Assembly (NCBI RefSeq): GCF_004010195.1
Contig: NC_057753.1
Location: 4,081,656-4,145,655, forward strand
Length of the DNA stretch: 64,000 nt
Source: Chiloscyllium plagiosum
Lineage: Eukaryota
Reading direction: 5' to 3'
In this document: one piece after another, positions 50,030 to 63,047 of the stretch
Position numbering within the stretch: the first letter of the stretch is position 1
Layout of the letters: each line of letters begins with the position of its first letter
Made by a program: the position numbers and the translations under genes
The notes under the pieces: model-generated
The model's input: the letters and a program-made list of their open reading frames with translations, nothing else
What the model was told of the DNA's origin: nothing
The model's database searches: none

Positions 50030-53000
50030 GATCACGTTTGCTGGGCTCCGCGCTGCAACACCGACCCCACAGAGCCGGGACACTTTATTGTGAGTAAGAA
50101 ACACAGTAAAGGAGTGAGAAACTTGGAAAAACTCTGCTTACCTATGTCCTTGAAGCTGGAAAATATCGAATAAAGCAGGAAGCTCACCCAGGGCTGGGGC
50201 TTATGGCCCAGCCCTCTGAACCAGCAGGCTTGCTTACTCACTGGCTCCTGTTTGAGGCACTGGCCAAATCTCGTGAGGCCCTGTGGAGGCAGATCCAGGA
50301 AAATAAAATCGAGGAGAAGTTGGCTCCTGCATCTGCAATGCTGCAAGACCTGGGAAAAAGGAACGATGAACTCCAGCGTTGCGCTGAAGGGGTTGAGACT
50401 GATTCCTCCAAGAGCTGGATTGTAGCCCTGGAAACACAAGTCCGTGGTCTGTTGAATCTGGTAGATGATCTCGAAAACAAGGGCAGAAGAAAGAACCAGC
50501 ACATTGTTGGCATACTGGCGTGGATGGAAGGTGAGCGCCAGTGGAGTTCTTCGAGAAATGGTCCCCAGAGTTCCTTGATTTGGAGGTTGAGAAGTGAATG
50601 ATAACAATTGAAAGAACGCAGCAGATTGTGGCACGAAAGCCCAGAGCGTATGAACGCCCACGCCCTTTATTGGTGAGGTTTCATCATTATAATGAGAAGC
50701 AGATGTTCATGAACGACTCTCGAACTCAGGGGAGGGATTCAAGGACGTTGGTGTGGTGACTCCATGGTCATGTTTTTTTTCAAGACATCTCAGCGGCAGT
50801 GGTCCAGAAAAGGAAATCCTACATTGGCGTCAACAAGAGATTGAGACAGCTTAGGATCCAGTATTCTTTAAGATACCCAGCGGTGCTTTGGATCAATCTT
50901 AATTCATCCATACATTTGTTCAACTCGCCAGAGAAAGTGAAGAACTTTGTGGACACATTGACTTTAGTTGAACGGCCGAGTAGACGCTGAGGACGGAGCT
51001 GTTCGAGTTTGCTCTCCTTTAAAAAGGACTTGGTGAAGTCGCCTTTTTTCGTAATAAGTTGTGTAAAATGATGGCTGGGCTGGATAGAGTATTTATCTTT
51101 AATCTCGAATTTATGTTAAGGGATGAGTGACATATTTATTTGTAGTTTGCTTGTTTATAGTACTTACCTTGCTCTTGTGTGTTTGTTTTCTCTACCAGGT
51201 GGTTTGTGCATGTGGCACGACCCTAGCTGGTAGGAGTTAAGAGAGCGGTTGGGATGGTTAGTAGCCTTGTACGATGTGTAAGTGCCCCCTTTGAATCAGG
51301 GGGTAGATTCCTCCAATCAGTGCCTTTGACGAGTTTTAGCTGTAGTTATTTTAGTCTGTGTAGATTTTGGGTTTTGTGGATTCTTTTGCATTAAAGCTCA
51401 GGGATATGAGTTCAGGTTCTTCCTCTCTGGAGTCTCTATGGTGCGGTAAAAGGTTATGGCTAAGGATGTCAAGATTAGAGTGGTACTGGAAAAGCACAGC
51501 AGGTCAGGCAGCCTTCGAGGAACAGGAAAATCGACGTTTCGGCAAAAGCCCTTCATCAGGAATTCCTCAGGGATAGGAAGTTTATTGAATTCTTTTCTAC
51601 TGAGTTCAGGTTTTTTTTTTAGATATTAATTCAGGCTTTGGGAAAGAGCTAAATTCTCTGCTAGGCGGTTGGTTATTGCCTGTTCAGCCGGTAAGAAGCG
51701 ACAGATGGGTGAGCAGTAACACTTGCTCGAGATGTGTTTGAAAGTAGCTGAAAAGGTATATTTTGACAGGCCCTCGCTGGTTAAACTGCAGAGGAAAACG
51801 GCGCTTCGGTCTACTCTGAACTCCATGCTTACATTTGCAAGTCAAAGGCTGAGCATGGGGATAAGCAGACAAGTACCTACGATTCTAAATGGATTAATGC
51901 AACATTCCGGAAATTTTACTCTGAATTACGTCAACCTGAAAGCTGTGAGCCGTGGGCGGGTTAGAATTGAGTCTTTTTAAAAATAATTTGGATGTTCTTG
52001 GAGTGGTTCCTGAACAGGAATCTCTCCTCAAAGCCCCATTGTCAGAGCAGGAGGTGCCGGAGGCTATAAGGCAGCTCTAGAATGGGAAGGCGGCGGGTTC
52101 TGATCGGCTCCCCAGTGAGTTCTATAGATAATTTGTAATTTTATTGTCAAGGCCAATACTTAGTATGTTTCATGACCCACATAGTTTTGACCTCCTCCCA
52201 CCACCTCGAAGAGAAGTGAACATGTCTCTTGTTCGTAAAAAAGGAAGGACTCGGAGGACTGTGCCCCCTACAGACCCATTTCAAAATCCTATCCAAGAAT
52301 CTAGCATTAAGGCTAGGAATGGTACTGTCCGCCATCATTATGGAGGACCAGACGGGGTTCATAAAAGGTTGCAGATCGACTCATAATGTCAGGAGATTAT
52401 TTAACATGATCCAAGTATGTCAACTATGGTCATTACAAGGACTGGTGATCCCCATAGGTGCGGAATAAGCATTTGACAGGGTTGAGTGGCCATATCTTTT
52501 TCATACTTTGAAACGGTTTGGCCTGGGAAAGACCTTCATCAGGTGGGTGGAGGTTTTGTATACTGATCCTCTTGCCACAGTCGTCACCCATGATGGCCGA
52601 TCAAGCAGCTTTAATATTGGAAGGGGCAGTCGACAGGGCTGACCCTTATCACCATTGTTTTTCACATTGGTGATCGAACTGCTGGTGAACGCAATATGCA
52701 GGGATACCAATATAACTGCTCCAGAAGTAGGGGCCAAGTCCCATAAGATCGCGCTGTATGCAGATAACGTTCTTGTCTTCTTATCAAACCCAACAGTCTC
52801 AGTGCCACGCCTGATACAATGCATCGGTCTATTTTGTGGCTTCTCGGGTTTTAAGTTAGATTTGGCGAAGTCAGATGTCATGCCCATGGGTGGACTCCCA
52901 AGAGTGCTTGATCCTGAGGGTGGATCTCGGTTTCTTTTAGATGGTTGCAGGAGGGCTTTATATATTTAGGGATATTTATTAATCCAATTTCTGATTGGCT

Positions 53001-54750
53001 ATTTAAAGCCAGTTATGACCATCTATTCGACAGAATCAAGCAGGATCTTCATAGATGGGAGGCACTTGGATTGGTTGGATAGCCCTCAATAAAATGAACA
53101 TTGTGCCCCGCCTGTTGTATGCTATGTGAATGGTTCCTCTACCTTTTACTAAGCAAATATTTAGAAGACTGAATGGCTGGTTTAATTCTTTTATCTGGTA
53201 TCTGAAGCGGTCCTAACTAAATTGACTAAATTGCAGTTACCTTACAGACTGGGAAGAGAGGGCCTCCGGGATTTCAAAAAATATCAGTTAAGCTTGTTGC
53301 TATCTTACGTGAATGATTGGGCCCGGGTGGGAGAACCTCACTTACTTTAGTTGGACATCTCAGGCAAGATGCTCCCTTATTAGCCTGATGTTCTGAGACA
53401 AAATGGAAACAGTTAAGGAATATTGCCATAGCTTAATAGTCATCAATAATACCAAGGTGCGGTGGGTAATGCGTCAGAGTGAAATCAGTATTGCCAAACC
53501 ATCATTTGTGACACCCATAGTTGGCATACCGGCCTTTCAGTCAGGATGATGGACTGTGGGTTTAAACTATGGGCACCTAGGGGCGTGTCTTGCATCGGTG
53601 ATTTATTCAAAGGGGGCATATTGATGTCCTTTGACTCATGGGCTCAGAAACATGAATTGCCCAATAGAAATCTCTTTCGTTTGTTTCAAATCAGAAACTT
53701 TATATAAAATGGAGACCACGCTACTCACTAAGCTTCATAGGTCCGACATGAAGAAGATAGTGTTTAGTGCTGCGGATACTTTACCTGTTAGCAACACTTA
53801 TCATCTATTGGGAGAGGGTTCCTCGGATGAAACTAAACGGCTCTGTAAGGTGTGGGAGAGGGAGTTGGACGCTGAGATCTCTTCTGAAATATGGGAGGAT
53901 ATCTGGGAAAAAGCAAGAAGGATCTCGATTTTCATCAGGATTCACACTTTTCAATTGAAGATTCTCCACAGGTTCCATCTGGTCGCAGACCGCATTGCTA
54001 ACTATCAAGTGGGAGCATCTCCAATGTGTCCTAAACGCAAAATGAGTATGGATACGCTTACTTATTGTCTTTTGTCCGTTACAGACTGCTGGCATACTGG
54101 AGTGCTGTGGTGGGTGAATTAAAGAAGGCCATGGGGACAGAGGTCGAGATGGACCCAGTATCTCTTCTTCTTCGCTTTGTTAATTCACTTTCATTCGATA
54201 CAAACACACACAAAAAAAAGGCTTTTCAGTTTACTCACTTTGTGAGCCAGAATGAGCATTTTAGTAAGTTGGATGTCAGAAAATCCCACAGGGCTGGCGG
54301 GCTGTTGGAAGCTCGTCATGCAGCACATCCCCTTGGACATTCTTACGAGTATGATGCACCACAAACTGAGCATGTCCATAAGATGTGGCAGCCCTTTTTG
54401 CACTACCTGCGTACAGACTTGTCCGCCATACGATAAGAGCCTTTATCTAACCATGGCAATTCTATGAAATGAATCTGGTATCTAGAGGGGAGGAACTACA
54501 AACATATGAATATGTATAAACTTATACACTCGATGATGGAGGGCTTTTGCTTTGTTTTGCTGAGTTGTGTTATGGTTATTATCATTACTTTCATTGTTGA
54601 GATTTCTCATTTTTAGCTTAGTTATTAGTTATTATTTATTTGTGTAATTAGCAGACTTGCTTTTTAAATATTAGTTTGAATTGTTTGGTTTTGACTTTGT
54701 TGTAATATTCAAAGGAAGAAATCCTTCTTTTAAAAAGTATTAAAAAAAGA
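50030..54750 (+). mobile_element. L1/Tx1-clade LINE, degenerate (ORF1, ORF2 RT and C-terminal region; EN mostly missing)
   Basis: ORF1 LVDDLENKGRRKN, RPLLVRFHHY, IQYSLRYPA; ORF2 IIMEDQTGFIKG, HKIALYADNVLVFL, QLKILHR, CPK; A-rich end at about 54730-54750. Confidence 0.85.
51527..51566 (-). ncRNA. Hammerhead ribozyme-like motif (best-preserved core) in Penelope fragment 51472-51566 nested in L1
   Basis: ggaattc-CTGATGA-AGGGCttttGCC-GAAA-CG-TC-gattttcc: core boxes, palindromic ACGT at helix III, GUC site, partial helix I. Confidence 0.6.
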
Positions 54751-55534
54751 TATACACAACGAAACTCAGAGTTCTTTGGATGACAAGAGACTCAGGAACA
54801 GTTAAAGTCAGAAGTCAGGTTAATCTTTCAGCGAGACCAATATTGAGGATATCCAAAACAAAGCACAGTGAAATCAAAATGCAAATTACATTTTACATAG
54901 ATATGTACCAGAAACCTTCCTTTAATAGTCTAATCAGAGAAAAATAGCGTCAGTGAAGAACCAAGAAGAAAAATGATATCAAGAGACAATGACCTCACTA
55001 GAAACAATATCTACATTTTCAATCTGGGTCACCCAATCGGAAGTGACAACATGTCGTTCGTAGAATGTTACGATTTCATGGACTGTCCTCAGCTTCACCA
55101 ATCACCTGAGGTTTGGAGAGCCTCAGGTTGAACCACCACCGATCATCTGTCCAATCATGACAGAGGAGTTCCACAGCAACCTTTCATTTTAGGTTGTTTT
55201 TATTACTGCACGATGGGTAGACTACGGCACGATTAACACAACCTATTTGTGCTTTTCAGAACCTGATCGCTATAACATGTTCATGTTTCAGTGTAATTAT
55301 ATAAAAAAAATCTATTTATGATTTTGACAGAAGTGGAGCAATTCAACAACGGATTTTGAGAACATGATTAGTCAAAGGTGAAAGAAATCCATTATATATT
55401 TTTTAAAGGAATTCATTAATCATCTAATCGTTGCAAAGTATCGATATTTTGGCAGGTGTTTGGTCTTTTTTATGCCTGTTGATCTCAGGTAAGGGAACAT
55501 GAAAAAGATTGTAGTGAACAAAGCGGTTTGTCAG

Positions 55535-56226
55535 GGTAAAAACAAGGACTGCAGATGCTGGAAACCAGAGTCTAGATTAGAGTGGTGCTGGAAAAGCACA
55601 GCAGGTCAGGCAATAAATGAGAGGGGGTGGGGCTGGGGAGAAAGTAGCATAGAGTACAATAGGTAAATGGGGGTGGGGATGGATGTGATAGGTCAGAGAG
55701 GAGGGTGGGGGAATGATACCCGCACCAATCAACCTTACCGCCCTGTTGTCCAACATTTCAACTCCCCCTCCAACTCTGCCGAGGACATGCAGTTCCTGGG
55801 CCTCCTTCACCGCCGCTTCCTCCCCATCCGACGCCTGGACGAAGAACGCCTCATCCTCTGCCTTGGAACACTTCAACCCCATGGCATCAATGTAGATTTC
55901 ACCAGTTTCCGCATTTCCCATTCCCCCACCTTACCCCAGCTCCAGCCTTCCAGTTCATCTCCGCCCTCATGACCTGTCCTACCTGCCTAACTTTCTTTCC
56001 ACCTATCCACTCCACCCTCCTCTCTGACCTATCACCTCCATTCCCACCCCCATTCACCTATTGTACACTATGCTACTTTCTTCCCACCCCATCCCCATCT
56101 CATTTATCTCTCCACTGTAGGCACCCTGCCTCTGATGCTGATGAAGGGCTTTTGCCGGAAATGTCGATTTTCCTGCTCCTCCGACGTTGCCTGACCTGCT
56201 ATGCTTTTCCAGCACCATTCTAATCT
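55535..56226. mobile_element. Penelope-derived insert with inverted terminal arms and distal GIY-YIG fragment
   Basis: DTRTNQPYRPVVQHFNSPS; hammerhead-like motif at 56138-56168; 15-bp TSD aaagcgg(t/c)ttgtcag at 55520-55534 and 56227-56241. Confidence 0.85.
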
Positions 56227-58224
56227 AAAGCGGCTTGTCAGTCAGCCCTGCTATTGGGAGTTTGAATGCAATCAATTCATGTGATACCAGTTACCATATA
56301 CATCGCATAGCATTGATTTCAGTTACTCAATTATTTGTGATTTTTGAAATTACTCTGAATATGTTTGACACCACTATGGTCTCAGGTATGACATTTAGCA
56401 TCCTAACCAGCCATTGAATAGAAAGGTGCTTCAACGTGATCTCTTCTTCTTAAGTAAACACATTAACTTTGTATCCTATAATTTTGACTCATCTGTCAAT
56501 ACGAAGTATCTATTTAAACCAGCTCTGCCAAGAACTCTCCTTGTTGTCAATTTTACGAACAAGATTTGGATCAGTTCCTCTTTAATCTCCAGGACGACAA
56601 ACATCAGTTTCTATAAACGACGTCTGCCACAGAAAGTCTCATATACGTGAAACTACTACAAATACGTTCAACATGCATTCTAAATCTTCCACACCCTTGT
56701 AAAGTTATGAGGCCCTAAAGTTGATCATAATGCAACACTTGGATCAGAAATAAACTGTTTAAAAGAACAATCCATCCAAGAAACTGATCAATAACTACCA
56801 TTATCATGGCAAAGAAAGAGATGAAATACGAGTTCACATGAATGGGACTTTAGTAAAATCAGTACTGTCACATTGAAACTACATTTGTCCATTTGACTGT
56901 TAACTTATGTGTTTTCATCACTGCAAAAAATAAATCCCAGTGCAAAGATTTTTTGGATTTGCTGATACTTGCTGATTTATCCTTAAAGCCTTTAGTAAAG
57001 AACAATGCATGTGCACAGGTGTACACATCTCTCGCAGAAAGCCTCATCCAAGGAATCTTTCCACTCACATTTAGAAGTGTCCTCCTATGGAACATTTCAC
57101 TCTGCCATTGTAATGATTTTAAGTTCAGTCGGGTTTTCTAACTTCACTCTTTCATTTTAATTTTAATCACAAACAGAATTTCGAATCACTACAAGGGCCA
57201 TACGGTCACTTCGTATTAGTTGACACAGGTTGAATGTTGTACTTTAATGATGCCCTTCTCCTCATTGCATCAAGCACTGTCTTGATTCCTCACTGGACGT
57301 ACTCCTTTCTGATTACATTTTAACTCATTAAATATTTAAGCGTCATTCCATGGTAACTACAGATGATGAACCCAGACTTTTATATTTGTTGCAAATGTGC
57401 CATGCACTCAACTAGCTAATCGTTTTCCTTGGTGCAACAACAGTGTGACACTTCACCCAAATTACTATTGTAATGAACAAAATCAAACTACATTTACGTT
57501 GCCATTACATTTTGATAGGTGACAGATTCTCTCACTTGTTCAGGTCATGGCTCATACTAAAACTGACAGCGTATGCTTGATTCCTGCTCCGTCTCATGTA
57601 CACCTAGAAACTGCATTCTCACGCTATCCCTGAATGTGAAAGGTAATGGAAAAGCAGAGTTAAGCGAAAAAAAAAAGCTGGTGCACTGCAGGCACAGAAT
57701 TAATGCCAACTGCGAATGATGCGAGTGAATGCCTTTGGGCAAAGCACCATGGAAATAGATTGAGAAAGAATCGCAGAGTACAAATGCCAAAAACGATTTG
57801 CATTTATAGCATGAAACGATTAGGGTAAAGCAGCTAAATCGTGCAGTCGTTAAGATCACATTCGATCTTGAATGCAGTACACTAATTAAGTTAAAATGCT
57901 CTGATTAAAAAAAAAAAATTCTAAAATGTACCAGTTAAAAGAGAGGACTAATTTTGTACAAAAAAGGAGAACAATTTGCAAAAGTGTTGAAATTATTCCT
58001 TTGAATGAGCGAAAAAAATGACATTGTGAAGTAGCAGGGTTTGTTTAACCTATTTTTGTAATCAACCTATTCAGAGATATTAGGGCACGCCTCTGGAACA
58101 AGTGGCAATTGAATGAGAGTCTCTCAGTCCAGGGTTAGCGATACTACCACTGCTTCATAAGAATCAGAACACTGATGAGTTAATCGATTACCTTAATACC
58201 TATTAACTAATTTTTATACTTTAC

Positions 58225-58294
58225 CTGGAACGCCAATAGCTGCGAGGACAGGGTAATAAATGGCAAACACCAGACCTGTTGGTACTGCGTGCAT
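58225..58294 (-). CDS. Orphan class A GPCR gene B, coding exon 1 (MHAVPTGLVFAIYYPVLAAIGVP + 1 nt)
   Basis: Read by eye, not in the ORF track. ATG at 58294, 70 nt, CCAG|GTAAAG donor; same length and phase as gene A exon 1. Confidence 0.88.
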
Positions 58295-58342
58295 TTCTGT
58301 CAGAAAATCTGGATGCATTCTGTTTAGAAATACATGTTGGAT

Positions 58343-58380
58343 CTATTTATAATGCGTGTCAGTCTCTTGGGAGTTAATTG
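58343..58380 (-). promoter_or_regulatory. Putative proximal promoter cassette of gene B: CAATTA + TCCCAAGAGA (O/E-like) + CTGACA + TATA box TATAAATAG
   Basis: Minus strand reads CAATTAacTCCCAAGAGACTGACAcgcatTATAAATAG; TATA box begins 57 nt upstream of the ATG. Confidence 0.6.
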
Positions 58381-58859
58381 TATGTTTTGATTTTTTACAT
58401 TGATGACCGCATTTCTAACAGATTAACACAGCTACTTAACTTTGACTCAACTTTGCAATTGAATTGGTCATGAAGTCTTCTTCTTTGATCTGAGCGGATC
58501 TAATGTGAAACTCAGATGGTCTCCAACACCATCATAATGAGTTTTGTATTTTTATATTAAATTATCGACAATCTGTCTTGTTGTAACAGAACATCATACA
58601 TCAAGAATTAACATGCTTAGCCCTTCAATGTAGAGCAAAGTGATAACAGTAAAATGTATTAAAGAGGAGGCGCAAGAGTGTCGCAGAGTAAAGCAAACGT
58701 AAATTCTCCCTCCTGATCTTGATTTGATCCATGTGAAAGTTAATCACAAATAAAGTGATTGTAAAACTTTCTGAGACTGTGTACCTACATTAACATATCG
58801 TCTCTGTGTTGATTATGCATGAGTGCAGTGAAGTATGGTAATGTCAAGTGTTCATGGCA

Positions 58860-59830
58860 AATTTTCAGAATCACTTGTTTGTCATTTACATAATTGATTG
58901 CGATGAGAATATAGAAGGCATGGTTTGTAAGTTGTGGATGACACCAAAATTGATGGTATAGTGGACCTTGACGAAACTTATCTATTATTACAAAGAGATA
59001 CTGACCAACTGGTTCAAAGGGCTGAAGACTCGAAAGATGGAGTTTAATTTGGATAAATGCGCGATATGGCGTTTTCATAAAATAAACAAGAGCAGAACTT
59101 ATAATATTAAAAGGAGGACCTTGGGTGGTGTTGTAGAGCAGAGCGACCTAGGGGTTCAGGTACAAATTTATTTGAAGTCTTCATCATGCATAGATAGGTT
59201 GGTTAAGAAGGCGTTCAGCTCGCCTTCATTCCTCAGATCGTTGAGTGTCGGAGTTAGGACGTTGAATCGAGTTTGTAGAAGATGGTGAGGCCTTTTCTGG
59301 AGCGCTGTAATCAGTTCTGATCGCCATGTTATAAGAAGGATATTATTAGCATGGAGAGCATTCAGAAGAAATTTGCCAGGAGGATGGTGGGAATGGAGAG
59401 TTGTAAAGAAGGACGAGATAGGCTGACACATTTCTCACTAGAGCATGGGACATTGAGGGGTGAAATTATCGAGGTTTATAAAATAATAAGATGTATAGAT
59501 AAGTTGAATGGCAGGTGTCTTTGCCATAGGGTGGGGAATTTCAAGACCAGCGGAAACATTTTTAATGTGAGAGGAAAAAATATGTTCAAAAATGATGAGG
59601 TTATCTTTTAAACACAGGCAGTGTTTTATGTTTAGAATGAACTTCCTGAGGAAGTGTTGGATGCGGGTACAGTTTAAACAGACAGGAAAAATTTAGTTAA
59701 GTTCATGAGTAAAAATTGTTTGGAGGGATATGGACCAATCACAGGTCGGTAGGACTTGTTTAGTTTGGGATTATGGTTGTTATAGACTAGTTGGAACAAA
59801 GGGCCTGTGTCCGTGATGTTTGAGGACATC
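58860..59830 (+). mobile_element. CR1 RT/3' fragment upstream of gene B
   Basis: KMEFNLDKC, QSDLGVQV, TLRGEIIEVYKII. Confidence 0.8.
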
Positions 59831-61329
59831 ACTGTGGGTGTTATTGTTATCATAATGAAAGTGGGGAAAGATACTTCTCAAGGTGGTTACATTGTATGAG
59901 TTTTGCTGTCAGGCGCCAACACAACAGTGTGGATGTCTGCTTTACATCAAGCCGATCACATTCTCGATTTATAATGTAGGGGATTTATTGTAATCCGCTC
60001 TGATCAATGTGATCGGTTGTAGTTCAGTAAGGAAAGGTCAAGTTCAGCACCGTTTTATTTACAATGAACAAATGCAATTCAGGTCAATTAATTTAATTAT
60101 AAACAAAGTTGTTTCAGCAAGCTTATGCCTCTGTTGATTTGTTCAGTTTGCTGATAACAATTATGGTGGGCAGGAGTATATCAACAAATGTAGATACTTT
60201 GTCGATAATTCCACCTGAGCAGCATTGCGTTATTTTAATGCAGAACAGTTGCGGCTCTTTATGCTGGCATTTTGAGTTGAAATGAAGTCTGTTCAGAGAC
60301 ATTTGTTTTCATGTGCATATGCCCAAATCGAAGTCGCCTATTTCCAAAATGATTTGGTCCACTTTGGCGCCATTGCGTTTTGTTAAAAATAAACATAATA
60401 AGCACTTGAAATATCAGTGCTGAGTGGTGTTAGAACCTACTTGTTTTGTTGAGAGTCCGTTTTCCAGTGTTCACAGTACTCTGTTACATTTTTGTGAAAA
60501 GATCGTTTAGCAGGTTTCTGTTGGGTATGCACGAGTCTACATCATCAGACTTTGTTCAGTTAGTACGGACCCAGTTTCATCAATTGATCCATTCTATGTA
60601 GATTGGTCATCTTGAGCATAGTGTGGACTTCCATTAAATTCTCTCCCCATGCATCTCCGTCATTCATGCAATGTTCTCCAGTATTTTTGCAATTTCCACT
60701 TCTCTGCAGTTAATGTTGCTTTTCACCTTGGACATCGATCTTTCCCTCAACTTCCCACCAGAGCATTGAGGGCTCTTGCCCAATTCAACTTCACACTCCC
60801 TTTCTCCTATCGAAAATGCATTCACTTTGAGGGAGAATTGCATCTTACCTGTTATTTATTTCTTTTCCAAATTAATCTCATTGCTCTGGGGACTTCGATG
60901 GATAGTAACAACATCAACCTGCCCTTGAGACACAAAGTTTCTGAAGTTAAAATTTACCTTAAATTCTTTTCTTGATCCAAGCACAACCGAGACAGTACAC
61001 TAATTTGAGGAAAGACCAAATAAAATATGTCTTTTGATGTACTTTTAATTTTTCAATGAACTAAAATAACATGCAGCCAATTCCACGAGGCAATCTTTTA
61101 CCATGTTTTGAGAACGAAATTTTAAATCTACATTTTGTTGTAGATGTTACTGATACAGCACTGCTATAGGCTTAAAATGACATTATACTATACTAACCAA
61201 ATGTGTTCCACACGGATGTAGGCACAGAGCATACTTTCAAATCACAGTACATTCGCAAAATATGAACTAAATTCAAAGCATTTTCATACGTGGAGTTCCA
61301 GGAGACAAAATGCACAAATTATGCAACGT

Positions 61330-62584
61330 TTAACAACCAACAACTAGGTTGCACATCAACCAGACTACCAACAGTTAACCCTTAGTAGAGGAGTCATGGG
61401 CATCCATATCCAGACAGGAAAGATCTATTAAATTGGTCAGACATAAAAGCTGATCCCTCTCTCTTCAAGCCTGGCAAATAGAGTGAGAATCACAGCAAAT
61501 TCGCATTTCATGAAAAAACGTTTGGAATGATTTGACATTTTCTTTATTCTGTTTACTATTAATCCGTGTAGCGATTCTCGGGCTTTAAGGGGCTATATTG
61601 TTCTTTCTGTTTCGAAGACTAATTAAAAAGCACTGGTGAATAGCAGTCTGGGGCAATGTAAACAGCATGGGAAGCCTTGAGTTCTTGGTTAACAGCCTGA
61701 CTGGGAGTGGGTCGCTCTCACAGATCAGGATTTCTAGATTTTGCTTTTTCAGTACGATCAGTAGCTGTGGGGTTCTCAACTGATTTGGAAGCTTCAGTAA
61801 ATGTGTCTTGGCCGATATTCTCTCTAAATTTTCTGTTGGTACTTTGTCCGCCTGGATTGGAGAACTGCATTTGAGAATTTGTGCCTGAATTTTCCTTTTT
61901 GCCAAGCGGTGTGTTTATGGGATGCTACTATATTGGAAGAGTAAATTAGGAATTGTTTCTGTATCTATTATTCAGTGAAGTTTTCCTATAGATTTAAACC
62001 ACACTGAATTCCTCTTTCTTTTGTTTGCATTTTAACTGTAGTGTTGAAATAGATTGTGTTTTGCTAAATGACGAGTGGTTTTGCAAGTTGCCTGCCTTTA
62101 AAATAAGGATATTTAAGGGTCTAGGCTACCTTCGTAAAACATTTTGAGAGGGTCTGGTTAGGATAATAGAAAATTGAGTCCTGTTTTCGGGATCAAACTC
62201 TCTAATTCCAGTTTGGGATTAGCAATACTGGAGTCAAAGGCAGTGAGTGGTAGGCACTAGTGTCACAAAGCTAGTCTTTTTTCCCCTAAAAAAACTGTTC
62301 CTTGGCTCAAGGGTACTCTGCTCTTGATTTTTCTTTTCCGGGGGTAATAAATCCGGCCAACTCTGATCAGACTGGTTTGGTACAGAGATTAACAGGCATT
62401 GAGAGGCCTTTTTGTTTATATTTTAACAGGTGAGACTTCAGGCCAAAGTGGTTATGTTTTAGAAGTGAGCAGTAGAATGAAAGGGGAGTGGTCAGCTCTC
62501 TAGCTGAGCTGAGCAGTTTAATTCATTCCAGTACTGGTTGGCACACACACACATTCACACACACTCTATCTCTCTCTCTCTATT

Positions 62585-62626
<42 letters not shown>

Positions 62627-63000
62627 CATATATTCTCTCTCTCTCTTCTAACATCAAGCATGTTTTTCATTTGTACTGGTTTTTAAAGGACTTTGCTTAT
62701 TGGGACTGTTGTGTATATTCGGAACAGCATCCTTAAGTCTAGTTTGGATAGAGTGAGTTCTGTAGGGTGTTCTTCGTTGTGATTCGTGTTTCATTGTATA
62801 ATTTTGTGAATTTTGTTTTGTCTGCTTTAAACCTGGTAGTCAACTTCGCTAACCTAACCCGGGTAATTTCCATTGTACACTTATCGAAATAAATTGCAAT
62901 CTTATGAACTGGGCTCCCTGCTTAAGAATGTTTTGATTGTTTTGGCCCAGTCATAATACTAGTGTCTTTTGTTCGGGGGTTGAATTTGGTTTGTTTAAAC
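61330..63000 (+). mobile_element. Two adjacent LTR-like segments, each followed by a degenerate primer-binding-site-like sequence (ends about 62170 and 62957)
   Basis: Non-coding; parallel 3' ends (ttttgagagggtctggttaggataata / ttttgattgttttggcccagtcataata) each followed by ttcggg. Recognised by resemblance only. Confidence 0.45.
62542..62646. repeat. Compound microsatellite (CA)n(CT)n(TA)n(CT)n
   Basis: Directly visible. Confidence 0.95.
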
Positions 63001-63047
63001 AGGGAATGCCTTGTGCATTAATGGCTATTTCGGTTACCAAGAATCTT

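Noticed and set aside
50032..50661. 209-aa minus-strand ORF
   Set aside because: Antisense shadow of L1 ORF1.
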